Source: an uncultured Bacteroidia bacterium (GTDB lineage Bacteria; Bacteroidota; Bacteroidia; Bacteroidales; Prolixibacteraceae). Taken from it: a DNA stretch of 64,000 nucleotides. The stretch covers positions 54,929 through 118,928 of the forward strand of contig CAWENX010000022.1 in NCBI GenBank assembly GCA_963810555.1, written 5' to 3'. Position numbers and translations under genes: made by a program. Below are positions 35,185 through 44,524 of this stretch, piece by piece (position 1 is the stretch's first letter; each line of letters begins with the position of its first letter). Below the pieces are notes generated by a model, which saw only the letters and a list, made by a program, of their open reading frames with translations, searched no databases and was not told the origin of the DNA.

Positions 35185-35276
35185 TTTCTGTAATGTTTCT
35201 GTAATGTTTGTGTAATATTCGTGTAATAAATAATTACAAAAAGATTACATAAATCTTACACAAATATTACGTAAAC
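35185..35276. repeat. Stutter palindrome (TGTAAT arms) upstream of a CAZyme gene
   Basis: TTTCTGTAATGTTTCTGTAATGTTTGTGTAATATTCGTGTAAT is complementary to ATTACAAAAAGATTACATAAATCTTACACAAATATTACGTAAAC. The centre is near 35230, 150 nt upstream of the ATG at 35426. Confidence 0.85.
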
Positions 35277-35425
35277 AAAAGCGATGATATAAAGAAGGTA
35301 TTTTAATGAAATGATTTTGTAAGGGCATAAAAGCACCATAGAAATAACCCTTTTACAGTTTGCAAATATTCAATATTTTATAGAAGTTTGTCTTTATTAG
35401 GCTAATCTGATTAATATAGTGAAAG

Positions 35426-37559
35426 ATGATTAAAAATGTATTCACCTCGCTGATTCTGGCTTTTATTTTATCCGGGTGCAATTCAAGAGCTCCTGAGAAG
35501 TTCAATAAATATTACAGTGATCCCTATCCTAAGGAGAAGCTGAGCAAATTTGTTCAGTTGCCGGTCGGGGCGGTAAGGCCTGAGGGATGGCTGAAAAAAC
35601 AGCTTGAGGCCTGGGCAGACGGGATTACAGGCCACCTGCAGGAATACAGGAGCGATGTATTTTCCAGGGTATGGGATGATCGTAAATTCAGACAAGAACA
35701 TCCGGAACTTACCCAGGGTACGTGGTGGGCGTTTGAGCACCAGGCTTACTGGGCAGACGGGCTGTTTCAACTTGCCTACATCCTTAATGATCAGAGGCTG
35801 AAAGGAATTGCTGATGATTATGTCAATAGAGTGCTTGCAGGGCAAAGGCAGGATGGGTATTTTGGAGGATGGCCGGAAAAACCTTACAGCGATGAGGGGG
35901 ATATGTACACCACCAGCCTGATTTCACAGGCTTTAATGTCTTATTATTCAGCCACTAATGATAAAAGAATCCTGACTGCTCTTCAAAGGGCCTTCCACCA
36001 TATCTATGAGAATTGCAAACCAGTTCCTGATGAAAAGGGCAATCTTCCCAAAGCCTGGACAGGAGGATCATACGGCTGGCCCAGCGCTTCGCATATGATT
36101 TACCCGATCCTTTCGGTTTATGCCAAAACGGGAGATAAGGAATTATTCGACCTTGCTCAGCTGATCTTTAAAACAGGCCAGGAAGTTGTTTCTCATGGAA
36201 AAAGTATCAGGAGGTCCGATATCCAGGTCAGCCACCTTCTTACGAGCGGGAACACTTATTACGATCAGCACGGCGTTGATGCAACCGAAGTATCGAGAAT
36301 ACCGGCTATTAACTATCTTTTTACCGGCAATAAGGATTATCTGAATGCCAGCATTAAGGCGGTGGACAAGATTGAGCACCTGGCAGAGCAGGCACACGGA
36401 GGCCCTGTTTCGGATGAACAATTAAGAGAAACGGGCGCCGTAAACAATACGGAAATGTGTGACGAATCGACCTGGGATGCTACCAAACAAACGATGTTCG
36501 CCATCACGGGCGATGTTCATTATGCCGATGGTATTGAAAAGCTGGTCTTTAACATTGGGCCGGGCTCACGGAAACCTGACGGACGGGGAATACAGTATTA
36601 CAGCGCTCCTAATCAGGTAGTCTGTTCAAGCGAATCTTACCGGGCGCCGCTTACCCTGCCGAACCGTTATAATTTCTGTCCCGACGGCGATAAAACCACG
36701 ATGTGCTGCATAGGAGAGTCGAACAGGCTCTTTCCTAATTTCGTTAAAGACGGGCTTTGGCTGGCTTCGCAGGATAACGGACTCGCAGGTGTTTGCTATA
36801 GTCCTTGTAATGTCACTGCCAGAGTAGGTGCAAACGGTGAGACTGTAAAGATTGAGGAAAAAACGAATTATCCTTTCGAAGAAACGGTCCGTTTTAAGCT
36901 GACAACATCAAAAGAAGTAAGTTTTCCATTATACTTAAGAATCCCGGGATGGTGTGCCGGTGCAGTCATTAAGATTAACGGAAAGTCGATGACAGAACAA
37001 ATCCTGCCGGGTAAAATGGTTAAACTTGAAAGAGAATGGGCTAATGGCGACGAAATAGAGCTTTCACTTCCGATGAAAGTAAGTCTGTCGTTATGGAACA
37101 ATTCCTCTGTTGCAGTGAGCCGCGGCCCTCTTCTCTATTCTTTAAAAATCAAGCAGGATTGGCTAAAAACAGCAGAGCGTTTTCCCGGTTTCCCTGATTG
37201 GAACTGTTCTGCAGCAAGCGACTGGAATTATGCGCTCTGCTTTCCATTCGAGAGCCACAGTCCCAAAAAATTCTCCTTAATATCGGGAGGCTATGATCCC
37301 GACAGGTTTTTCACAGTCAAGTATAATGAAGTGCCTGAAGATGTCAAGGCCATGGGAATATCCCCCTGTGGAGCTGACCTGCAAGGCTAAAAAGGTGGAT
37401 GACTGGAAATTACTATCCGGTGATGTAACTCCCGATGTGCCACAAAGTCCGGTAATTAGCAATCATCCAGAAGAAAAAATTTCATTAATACCTTTTGGCT
37501 GCGCACAGGTAAGGATAACTTATTTTCCGGTGACGGAGGTAGTGAGGGAGAAGAAATAA
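35426..37559 (+). pseudogene. DUF1680/GH127-GH146-like glycosidase (beta-L-arabinofuranosidase-like) with one +1 frameshift near the C-terminus
   Basis: Lipobox LSGC, a size of about 700 aa, and a six-hairpin-like pattern. The first frame ends at 37390, while the typical C-terminus PWEYPPVELTCKAKKVDDW...LIPFGCAQVRITYFPV is in the next frame. An apparent extra G lies at about 37348. The family call is tentative. Confidence 0.5.
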
Positions 37560-37707
37560 AATCATTAAATAAAGAAGATAGGCAATTGAATTATATTATA
37601 TTGAAAAGAAGAACGGATACAACCAAGATGGTGAAGCCTGGATTGGATATATAACAAATTCAAAAAGTGGAAAATCGATCTACTTTAATAATAAAGCTTT
37701 CTACAAA

Positions 37708-38007
37708 TTGAAAAATGGAAATTATGTGGATATTGAAACTCATGAAGGTTACTGGATTTCAAGAATAAAGCGAAACGGAGAAGATAGACACTGGACAGGT
37801 CATGGGAAAATAAAGATTGACAGAAGGGCTGTAGTGGAATATATGAATTATAGAAAATTGAAGGAATTGAAAACATCTCAATACACTATAGTTGAAATTA
37901 TTGAATTAAAAGGACCAAAGGATTTCTACGAAATTGAAAACAAAAAATTAGACGAAACAATAATGCGAAATCAATATGAAGACTATTTCAAGAAGAAATT
38001 TTTGTAA
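37708..38007 (+). CDS. Hypothetical protein (possibly a 5'-truncated fragment)
   Basis: The ORF is open from 37582 with no ATG before the TTG at 37708. No motif was recognised. Confidence 0.3.
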   Translation: MKNGNYVDIETHEGYWISRIKRNGEDRHWTGHGKIKIDRRAVVEYMNYRKLKELKTSQYTIVEIIELKGPKDFYEIENKKLDETIMRNQYEDYFKKKFL

Positions 38008-38125
38008 CAACTGCAGCGTCAGGTAGTTTCTGTAATTCTTTAACTTTAAAGCTGTTGTTCCTGATCTTTCAAAAACGAAAGTCAAATTGAGAAACATTGA
38101 TTAACTTTGAAAAAAACATGGCGTT

Positions 38126-38374
38126 ATGACAGATTCTGATTTAAAACTAAAACTGTTCAGAGAGATTGATGCTTTGGATAAAGATCAGCTTGAAGAGGTT
38201 TATGGAGTGTTGATCAATTATATTAATGGGCAAAAGGATATTTCAGATTGGGATAAATTATCAGATGTGGAAAGACAGGCAATTCTTGATGCTGATGATG
38301 AAATTGAAAAAGGAGAAGGAATTGCAAATGAGGTGGTTTTTGAAAGGGTAAGAAAAAAATATTCGCATGAATAG
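38126..38374 (+). CDS. Putative antitoxin partnered with the ParE-like gene
   Basis: An 82-aa acidic protein whose stop overlaps the toxin start. This is the typical Bacteroidota arrangement of an addiction-module antitoxin upstream of RelE/ParE. Confidence 0.55.
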   Translation: MTDSDLKLKLFREIDALDKDQLEEVYGVLINYINGQKDISDWDKLSDVERQAILDADDEIEKGEGIANEVVFERVRKKYSHE

Positions 38375-38663
38375 ATTGATTGTTTGGTCTCCCAGGGCAG
38401 AAAGAGACTTTAACATCATCTTAGGGTATCTTGAAGAAAAATGGGACACAAAAACTGCAAATCATTTTATTGATTTAATCGAAATTATCATCAATCAAAT
38501 CTTGACTAATCCAAAACAATTTCCGACTATATTCGAAGGGAAAAAAATCAGAAAATGTATTATTACCAAACATAATTCACTTTTCTAAAGATTCAGCAAA
38601 AAACAGATCAGGATACTCAGAATATTTGATAACAGACAAAATCCCAAAGCTTTGAAATTATGA
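38367..38663 (+). pseudogene. RelE/ParE-family toxin gene interrupted by an in-frame TAA
   Basis: IVWSPRAERDF..I..YL...W.......F...I........NP..FP....KKIRKCIITKHNSLF-TAA(38586-38588)-RFSKKQIRILRIFDNRQNPKALKL. The family hallmark (I.I..IFD.RQNP) lies after the stop codon, in the same frame. Confidence 0.7.
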
Positions 38664-39586
38664 AAAGTATTTCACGAAGAGAATTCGTTACAACTGCCGC
38701 GGCAGGAGGAGTGGGAGCTTCCATTATGCCTGAGAGGGCAGTGTCGCAAACTAAAGCAGGTAATACAACGAGTTATATGGCTGCTTATGATACGGAGAGT
38801 CCCAAATGCCTGGCAGCGGTGCGCAAGATTGTTGAGGTTCACAAGCGTTATAAAATGCCGGCGACATTCTTTATAACTGGTAAAACGTTGGAGGCCAATA
38901 TGGAGGAATATAAGAGTTTACTCGACAATCCGCTGTTTGAAGTCGCATCCCATACCTGGTCGCACAAGATGCTGAGGGAGAATCCTTTCTGCGGTCCTGC
39001 GGTTTCCCTTGAAGAAAAAAGAATAGAGATATTCGACGGGAAAGCCCTTGTAGAGAAGGTTTTTGGTAAACCATGCATCGGATTAAGACCCGGATGCGGT
39101 TTTGAAAAAGCGCTGCATGGAGCTAATGATGTGCTTCAACTGGTCAAGGAGGCCGGATACAAATATGTAAGCAGCCTTTTATGGGGAAAAGACTATTCTC
39201 TTCCCGCTATGCTGAATCAGCCATTTAATTACCAAGAAGATGGATATCCGGAATTGTGGGAAATCCCTGCCCACGGCTGGCATGAGAACCTGCTGAAGAA
39301 CAACAACAAAATGGGTCCGGCACGTATAACGCTCTGGCCTCCCGAAATGCCTGAAGCCATTCCCCTGCATTACGTGAAAACGCCGGAGGAAGAATTTGCT
39401 GTTCACAGGATCTTCATTGATAAAGCGGCTGCCGATAAATTAACATTTGTCTCCCTTATCTGGCATCCCTGGTCCCTTGATGCCTTTGACCCGGATATGA
39501 AGATGCTGGAATTGGTATTCAGCCATGTTCAAAAAATGGGGTTAAATACCTGTCGGTATGGGGATTTGTATAAGTCACTTGTTTAA
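38660..39586 (+). CDS. Polysaccharide deacetylase-like (CE4/NodB-fold) protein with a Tat-type signal
   Basis: SRREFVTTAAAGGVGA (twin-arginine signal), ATFFITGKTLE and EVASHTWSH. The canonical TFDDG motif is replaced, so activity is uncertain. Confidence 0.55.
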   Translation: MKSISRREFVTTAAAGGVGASIMPERAVSQTKAGNTTSYMAAYDTESPKCLAAVRKIVEVHKRYKMPATFFITGKTLEANMEEYKSLLDNPLFEVASHTWSHKMLRENPFCGPAVSLEEKRIEIFDGKALVEKVFGKPCIGLRPGCGFEKALHGANDVLQLVKEAGYKYVSSLLWGKDYSLPAMLNQPFNYQEDGYPELWEIPAHGWHENLLKNNNKMGPARITLWPPEMPEAIPLHYVKTPEEEFAVHRIFIDKAAADKLTFVSLIWHPWSLDAFDPDMKMLELVFSHVQKMGLNTCRYGDLYKSLV

Positions 39587-39645
39587 TTATCTCCTGTTAT
39601 GAAGTAGTTGAAGATTATTATTAAGGAGACACAACAGAATATTAA

Positions 39646-39672
39646 GGAGATGCACGCCGTGCGTCTCTACAG
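39646..39672. repeat. GC hairpin family copy H4 (subfamily ACGCAC..GTGCGT)
   Basis: GGAGATGCACGCCGTGCGTCTCTACAG lies 30 nt upstream of the GH2 start and is preceded by 2 ATTAAGGAGA units. Confidence 0.8.
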
Positions 39673-39701
39673 GGTAATTGATTATACTTAAACCAGGATT
39701 T

Positions 39702-41534
39702 ATGAAAAATATTACATTTCTTTCCCTCGTGGTGATTTGTGTATTATGTTGGTGTAGAGACGCACGGTGTGCGTCTTTTAATCCATCAGAGAATGCTCCC
39801 AGAAGAACTGTTACATTGTCAAATGATTGGCGGTTTCAAATAGATATAAGCAGTATAGGAGAAAAGGAGCGTTGGTATGATAATTCATTTGACAGAAGCA
39901 ATTGGGGAAGCGTCAAAGTGCCGCAGGCATGGGACTGTTATGATATAGCATTGTGGGGATTTGAGGGAATCGGATGGTATTCAACAACGATCAAACCCGG
40001 AGATTTTGACCCGGGTAAAAGGAATGAAATTGTCTTTAACCGTGTGATGTATTACACCAAAGTCTGGCTGAATGGCGAATATATAGGTGAAAACATAGGC
40101 GGGTATCTTCCTTTCAGTTTCGATATTACAAAATACCTCAAACCCGGAAAGGACAATTACCTCGTCATAAGGGTTGACAATAAACCCCGTATTGAATGGC
40201 TCCCGGCCGGAAAACAGATTGAATGGATTCAGTATGGGGGCATTTTGCAGCCTGTAAAGCTGGTAAGTACATCACATACTTATATAGACGATTTTACCGT
40301 AAGAACAGAGCCTGTAAACAGAGGGGCTGAAATTCACTGTATGGTTTCTGTTCCAAATGAAACTGCTGCTGAATCGGAAATGGAGTTAAATATTGAAATT
40401 TCCCGAGGTAAAGAAGTGGTAAGTAAAAATGTGAAATTCCATTCCACAGCAAAGGATACAGCCAAAGTAAATATTGAACTTTCGCTTGAACGAGCTGAAT
40501 TATGGTCACCTGATACTCCGGTTTTATATGATGTAAAAGCAAGTCTTAAACAGGAAAATCAAACAATAGATGCAATAACTGAACGAATTGGTATAAGAAA
40601 AGTAGGAATTGAGGGAACAGCAATTACGCTTAACGGAAAACCCTTTCAAATTAAGGGAGTTAACCGATATGACGAATACGGCAGGATGGGGCCGACCGTG
40701 CCGATAGATACGCTTCGCAAAGAACTGGCGCTGATGAAGAGAGCAGGAATTAACACTATTCGGGTACATTATCCTCAATCGCCTGAATTATTGTCGCTTT
40801 ATGACGAATACGGCTTTATGATGATGGAGGAAGTGCCCCTGAACTGGTGGGGACGCACAGTCTGGGGTGAAGTAAATATGAGCCTTGATATCCTCAATTT
40901 CGCCAAACCGGCATTACGAAAAATGGTCAGAAGGGATAAAAATCATCCTTGCGTGATAATCTGGAGCATGGGAAACGAAAACGAAACGGACAGGGAACCG
41001 GGAATAACAGTGATGAGGGAAATGATCAGGCTGGCCAAGAAGCTCGATCCAACGCGCCTAATCACTTATACAGTCAGCTATGATCCGAGGAAACACCTGG
41101 CTTTTGATGAAGCGGACATTGTTTGTTTCAACAAATACAATGGATTGGATAAAGCGCGTCATATTTCGCAGATCGATTCGCTCGGCTATCAGAGAACAGT
41201 CAGGGAACTGGCTGAACTGAGAAGCTTTTATGGCACAAAGCCTCTACTTTTCACTGAATTCGGATGTCAGGCCATTAAAGGTATACACGGAGATGTTTAC
41301 TATTCAGAAGAATTCCAGGCTGCTTATATCACAAAAATATGGAAGGCGATTGCAGAAAATAAAGGTATTGCAGGGGGCATTCTTTGGAGCTGGGCAGATT
41401 ATTTTCACCGGAAAGATTTTGTCCTTCGCTCTCATTACGGTTGTTACGGAGTGGTTACAGTTGACCGCAAACCGAAAAAGGGACTTGAAGCCTTATCAAA
41501 AATGTATAACGGATCGCTGGGGCAAGTAAAGTAA
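39702..41534 (+). CDS. Glycoside hydrolase family 2
   Basis: NHPCVIIWSMGNEN (acid/base region), a sugar-binding N-terminal domain (W.F......W......W..V.VP..W) and a TIM barrel. The ATG at 39702 is preferred. Confidence 0.9.
   Translation: MKNITFLSLVVICVLCWCRDARCASFNPSENAPRRTVTLSNDWRFQIDISSIGEKERWYDNSFDRSNWGSVKVPQAWDCYDIALWGFEGIGWYSTTIKPGDFDPGKRNEIVFNRVMYYTKVWLNGEYIGENIGGYLPFSFDITKYLKPGKDNYLVIRVDNKPRIEWLPAGKQIEWIQYGGILQPVKLVSTSHTYIDDFTVRTEPVNRGAEIHCMVSVPNETAAESEMELNIEISRGKEVVSKNVKFHSTAKDTAKVNIELSLERAELWSPDTPVLYDVKASLKQENQTIDAITERIGIRKVGIEGTAITLNGKPFQIKGVNRYDEYGRMGPTVPIDTLRKELALMKRAGINTIRVHYPQSPELLSLYDEYGFMMMEEVPLNWWGRTVWGEVNMSLDILNFAKPALRKMVRRDKNHPCVIIWSMGNENETDREPGITVMREMIRLAKKLDPTRLITYTVSYDPRKHLAFDEADIVCFNKYNGLDKARHISQIDSLGYQRTVRELAELRSFYGTKPLLFTEFGCQAIKGIHGDVYYSEEFQAAYITKIWKAIAENKGIAGGILWSWADYFHRKDFVLRSHYGCYGVVTVDRKPKKGLEALSKMYNGSLGQVK
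39755..39776. repeat. GC hairpin family copy H5, inverted relative to H4, inside the GH2 signal-peptide coding region
   Basis: GTAGAGACGCACGGTGTGCGTCT encodes CRDARCAS directly after the hydrophobic core LSLVVICVLCW. Confidence 0.8.
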
Positions 41535-41569
41535 AGGTATTATTCTGACCAATTAAAGCTTGATATTAA

Positions 41570-42724
41570 ATGAAAAAAATCTTATTACTGCTCATTACTA
41601 ATCTGATATTGATTGGATGGGCATCGGCACAGGAAAACATATATTCAAAGACCTTTATCAAATCCATAATCGATAAGGTAAATACATATCAGTACACTCA
41701 TCCGTGGATAGAATTTGATGACAACTGGATCAGGGGAACTTATTATACAGGAGTGATGGCCGTTTACCAGGCAACAGGAGATAAAAAATATTTACAGCAA
41801 TGCAATGAATGGGGAGAAAAGCTGGGATGGAAAGTACCGGAGGTTAAAAGATCCAATGAAAGCGGCGCCAACCTTCTCACGTGCAGCCAGACGTGGCTTG
41901 AAAGTTATATGATCTCGAAAAAGAAGTACAAGATAGAATCAACTATTGAACATTTTGAAAAACAGGGATCGAGGAATCCTCTATGTGAACCTTTAACCTG
42001 GTATTACGAAGCCGGCAGACGGTATTGTGATGCACTATATGTTTGTCCTCCTGTCCTTGCAATGTTAAGCGGGATTACCAAAGACCCCAAATACCTTGCC
42101 TGGATGAATTCTTTCTACTGGGACGTTTACGGCGAATTGTATGATCAGGATGATCACCTTTTTTATCGTGACAAGCGATTCATTTACCAGGATGTAGCGC
42201 CGAAATCAAAAGATATACAAGACGAGCGTGACTCTTCAAAACCCTACCGTGTAAGTCCGAACGGAAAGAAGGTTTTCTGGTCAAGGGGAAACGGCTGGGT
42301 CTTTGCTGGCCTGGCAAGAATCTTAAAATATCTTCCCTCCGATTACGCGAATTATTCCAGGTACAAAGAGCTCTATCTCAGGATGGCTGTTGAGCTTAAA
42401 AAACGCCAACAGCCTGATGGCTTCTGGTATCCCAATCTTGATGATCCTTTGGATTACGGTTCGAAGGAATCCAGCGGAACAGGTTTCTTTACTTACGGCA
42501 TTGCATGGGGAATCAACAACGGTATCCTCTCCCGTGAAGAGTATCTGCCCGTTGTAGAGAAATCCTGGGCTGCGCTTGTTTCTGTTGTCAGTGAGGAAGG
42601 CAAAGTTCAATGGGGACAAATGGTTGGCGGTTCACCCTATAAAATATTGCAGGAAGATTCGCATGAATATGTATCAGGGATGTTTTTGCTCGCTGCGAGC
42701 GAAATGTACAAGATTAAAAGATAA
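41570..42724 (+). CDS. Glycoside hydrolase family 105 (unsaturated rhamnogalacturonyl hydrolase, YteR-like)
   Basis: W.RGTYYTG.MA.Y.ATGD.KYL, FWSRGNGWVFAGL and GTGFF.YG fit the family. Confidence 0.8.
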   Translation: MKKILLLLITNLILIGWASAQENIYSKTFIKSIIDKVNTYQYTHPWIEFDDNWIRGTYYTGVMAVYQATGDKKYLQQCNEWGEKLGWKVPEVKRSNESGANLLTCSQTWLESYMISKKKYKIESTIEHFEKQGSRNPLCEPLTWYYEAGRRYCDALYVCPPVLAMLSGITKDPKYLAWMNSFYWDVYGELYDQDDHLFYRDKRFIYQDVAPKSKDIQDERDSSKPYRVSPNGKKVFWSRGNGWVFAGLARILKYLPSDYANYSRYKELYLRMAVELKKRQQPDGFWYPNLDDPLDYGSKESSGTGFFTYGIAWGINNGILSREEYLPVVEKSWAALVSVVSEEGKVQWGQMVGGSPYKILQEDSHEYVSGMFLLAASEMYKIKR

Positions 42725-42744
42725 TTGCAACACCTTACATTACC

Positions 42745-44322
42745 ATGAAGAAATTCTTACTCCTTTTTATCCTTTTTAGTGGACTGGCAAAATCAGGAAT
42801 CGGTATTAATTATTACATATCACCCAATGGATCAGACACAAATAACGGTCTGTCGCCTGCTGCTTCTTTTAAAACAATTTCTGCAGCGACAATTAAAGCC
42901 GTCGCAGGAGATACTGTTTTTATTTCCGGAGGAACCTATACTGAGAGAGTCACTCCGAATTCTTCGGGCACATCCAATGTTCCGATAGTTTTCAAGAAAT
43001 ATAAAAACACAGGTAATGTTATTTTAACCACTCCTCAGCCTGATATTGCCAATGAACCCCAATTATATGCCTTCATCCTGACCGGCAGGGAATATATAGT
43101 TATCGATGGGATAGATTTCAAGGACTGTAATGGCTGGATTTATATGGATAAAGCCAACCATAACACCGTCAGGAACTGCTCCTTTAATGGTTCAAGGGTT
43201 TATTCATCATTGAAAATCAATAACGGGAGCTGGAATAAAATCATCAACTGTAAATTCATCAAGGCGGTCGATATTACCTGGAAAGGTTGGGAACCGGCGA
43301 GAGGGGCTGATTTTATTACCATCTGGCGCGACAGTCACTACAACATTATTGAAGGCTGCCACTTTGGGCATATTCCGCATGACTGCATCGGAATTCACGG
43401 AAGAGAACCTTCTCTAACAGCGACTCACAATATTATCCGAAACTGTGTATTCGATAATCCCACCTGGAAAGCAATCGGATTGCATAAAACAGAATACACT
43501 CTCGTAGAGAATAATGTCTGCTTCGGCGATGCAGCCAACTTTATTCAGTTTGAGTCCCAAAAAGTAATCATGAGAAGGAATCTTTTTTACAGGTATCATG
43601 ACACTACAAAAGGATTGCCTGAGATTGGATTCAGGGGTGTAATGCGTATTCAGTCTGTTAAAGACGAATATTCGTGTCCCAATCTTGCTCAGCACAACAG
43701 GATTTACAACAACCTCTTTTATGGCAATGAAAGAACAATCACCAATTTCAGCATAAAACTTCCTGTGTTCGATAATATTTTTAAGAACAATATCTTTTAC
43801 AAAAATCAGCAGACGGTTTTAATCTCAAATGCAGACTATAGAGGAGAAAGCAGAAATCTCTTTTTCAATAATATTTTAATTGGCACAAAGGCAGGAGAAC
43901 AGCTGATCGTGCTTCAGAATGATAAATTCTCACTTAAAGAGGCAGAGAGGGATCTGCCTGATCTCTACTCGAAAAATATGGAAACAGATCCCAAATTCAT
44001 TGACGAGAAAACTGACAACTTCCATCTTTCAAAAGGATCACCCTGCATTGATAAAGGAGAAGCACTGACGAAAGCTGTCGGAAGCGGCAAAGGGGATGTG
44101 CTGACGGTTGCTGATCCTCTTTATTTCTGCGACGGATTCGGATTAATAGAGGGAGACACAATCAGGATAGGGAAAAACCCACCTTTAAGTATTCAAAAAA
44201 TAGATTACAACTCAGGAAAGATCACTCTTTCCGGAACAGCAAAATGGAAAGACGGAGATCCTGTGAATCTTGACTTTAAGGGATCCGGTCCTGATATAGG
44301 ACCTTTTGAATACGGGAAATAA
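42745..44322 (+). CDS. Right-handed parallel beta-helix (pectate-lyase-fold) protein
   Basis: YYISPNGSDTNNGLS...FKTI..A......GDTV.I.GGTY, followed by repeated N.....N.F / I.NN beta-helix rungs. Confidence 0.65.
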   Translation: MKKFLLLFILFSGLAKSGIGINYYISPNGSDTNNGLSPAASFKTISAATIKAVAGDTVFISGGTYTERVTPNSSGTSNVPIVFKKYKNTGNVILTTPQPDIANEPQLYAFILTGREYIVIDGIDFKDCNGWIYMDKANHNTVRNCSFNGSRVYSSLKINNGSWNKIINCKFIKAVDITWKGWEPARGADFITIWRDSHYNIIEGCHFGHIPHDCIGIHGREPSLTATHNIIRNCVFDNPTWKAIGLHKTEYTLVENNVCFGDAANFIQFESQKVIMRRNLFYRYHDTTKGLPEIGFRGVMRIQSVKDEYSCPNLAQHNRIYNNLFYGNERTITNFSIKLPVFDNIFKNNIFYKNQQTVLISNADYRGESRNLFFNNILIGTKAGEQLIVLQNDKFSLKEAERDLPDLYSKNMETDPKFIDEKTDNFHLSKGSPCIDKGEALTKAVGSGKGDVLTVADPLYFCDGFGLIEGDTIRIGKNPPLSIQKIDYNSGKITLSGTAKWKDGDPVNLDFKGSGPDIGPFEYGK

Positions 44323-44384
44323 TCTTTTTTTGCTTCCTGATAATTTATTTACCGTACAATATTATATTTCTGAACCATCGGAAT

Positions 44385-44502
44385 AAATTAACCGCAAATG
44401 GGCACCGAGTTTTTGCGCAATGTTCGCAAAGAATTCTGTGAATTTGGGATTATTTATCTTAGCGAACTTTATGCCTGCTTTGTGAACTTTGCGGTTAAAT
44501 TT
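44385..44502. repeat. Inverted-repeat element between convergent genes (CGCAAAG-type)
   Basis: AAATTAACCGCAAA (44385-44398) pairs with TTTGCGGTTAAATTT (44488-44502). The inner pair is GTTCGCAAAG / CTTTGTGAAC. Confidence 0.8.
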
Positions 44503-44524
44503 AAAGTAGTTTATTGATTGATAT

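Noticed and set aside
37582-38007. The possibility that this ORF together with the adjacent ParE module forms a three-gene defence system.
   Set aside because: The ORF lacks an ATG in its open 5' part, has no recognisable domain, and lies 118 nt from the antitoxin gene. The evidence is insufficient.
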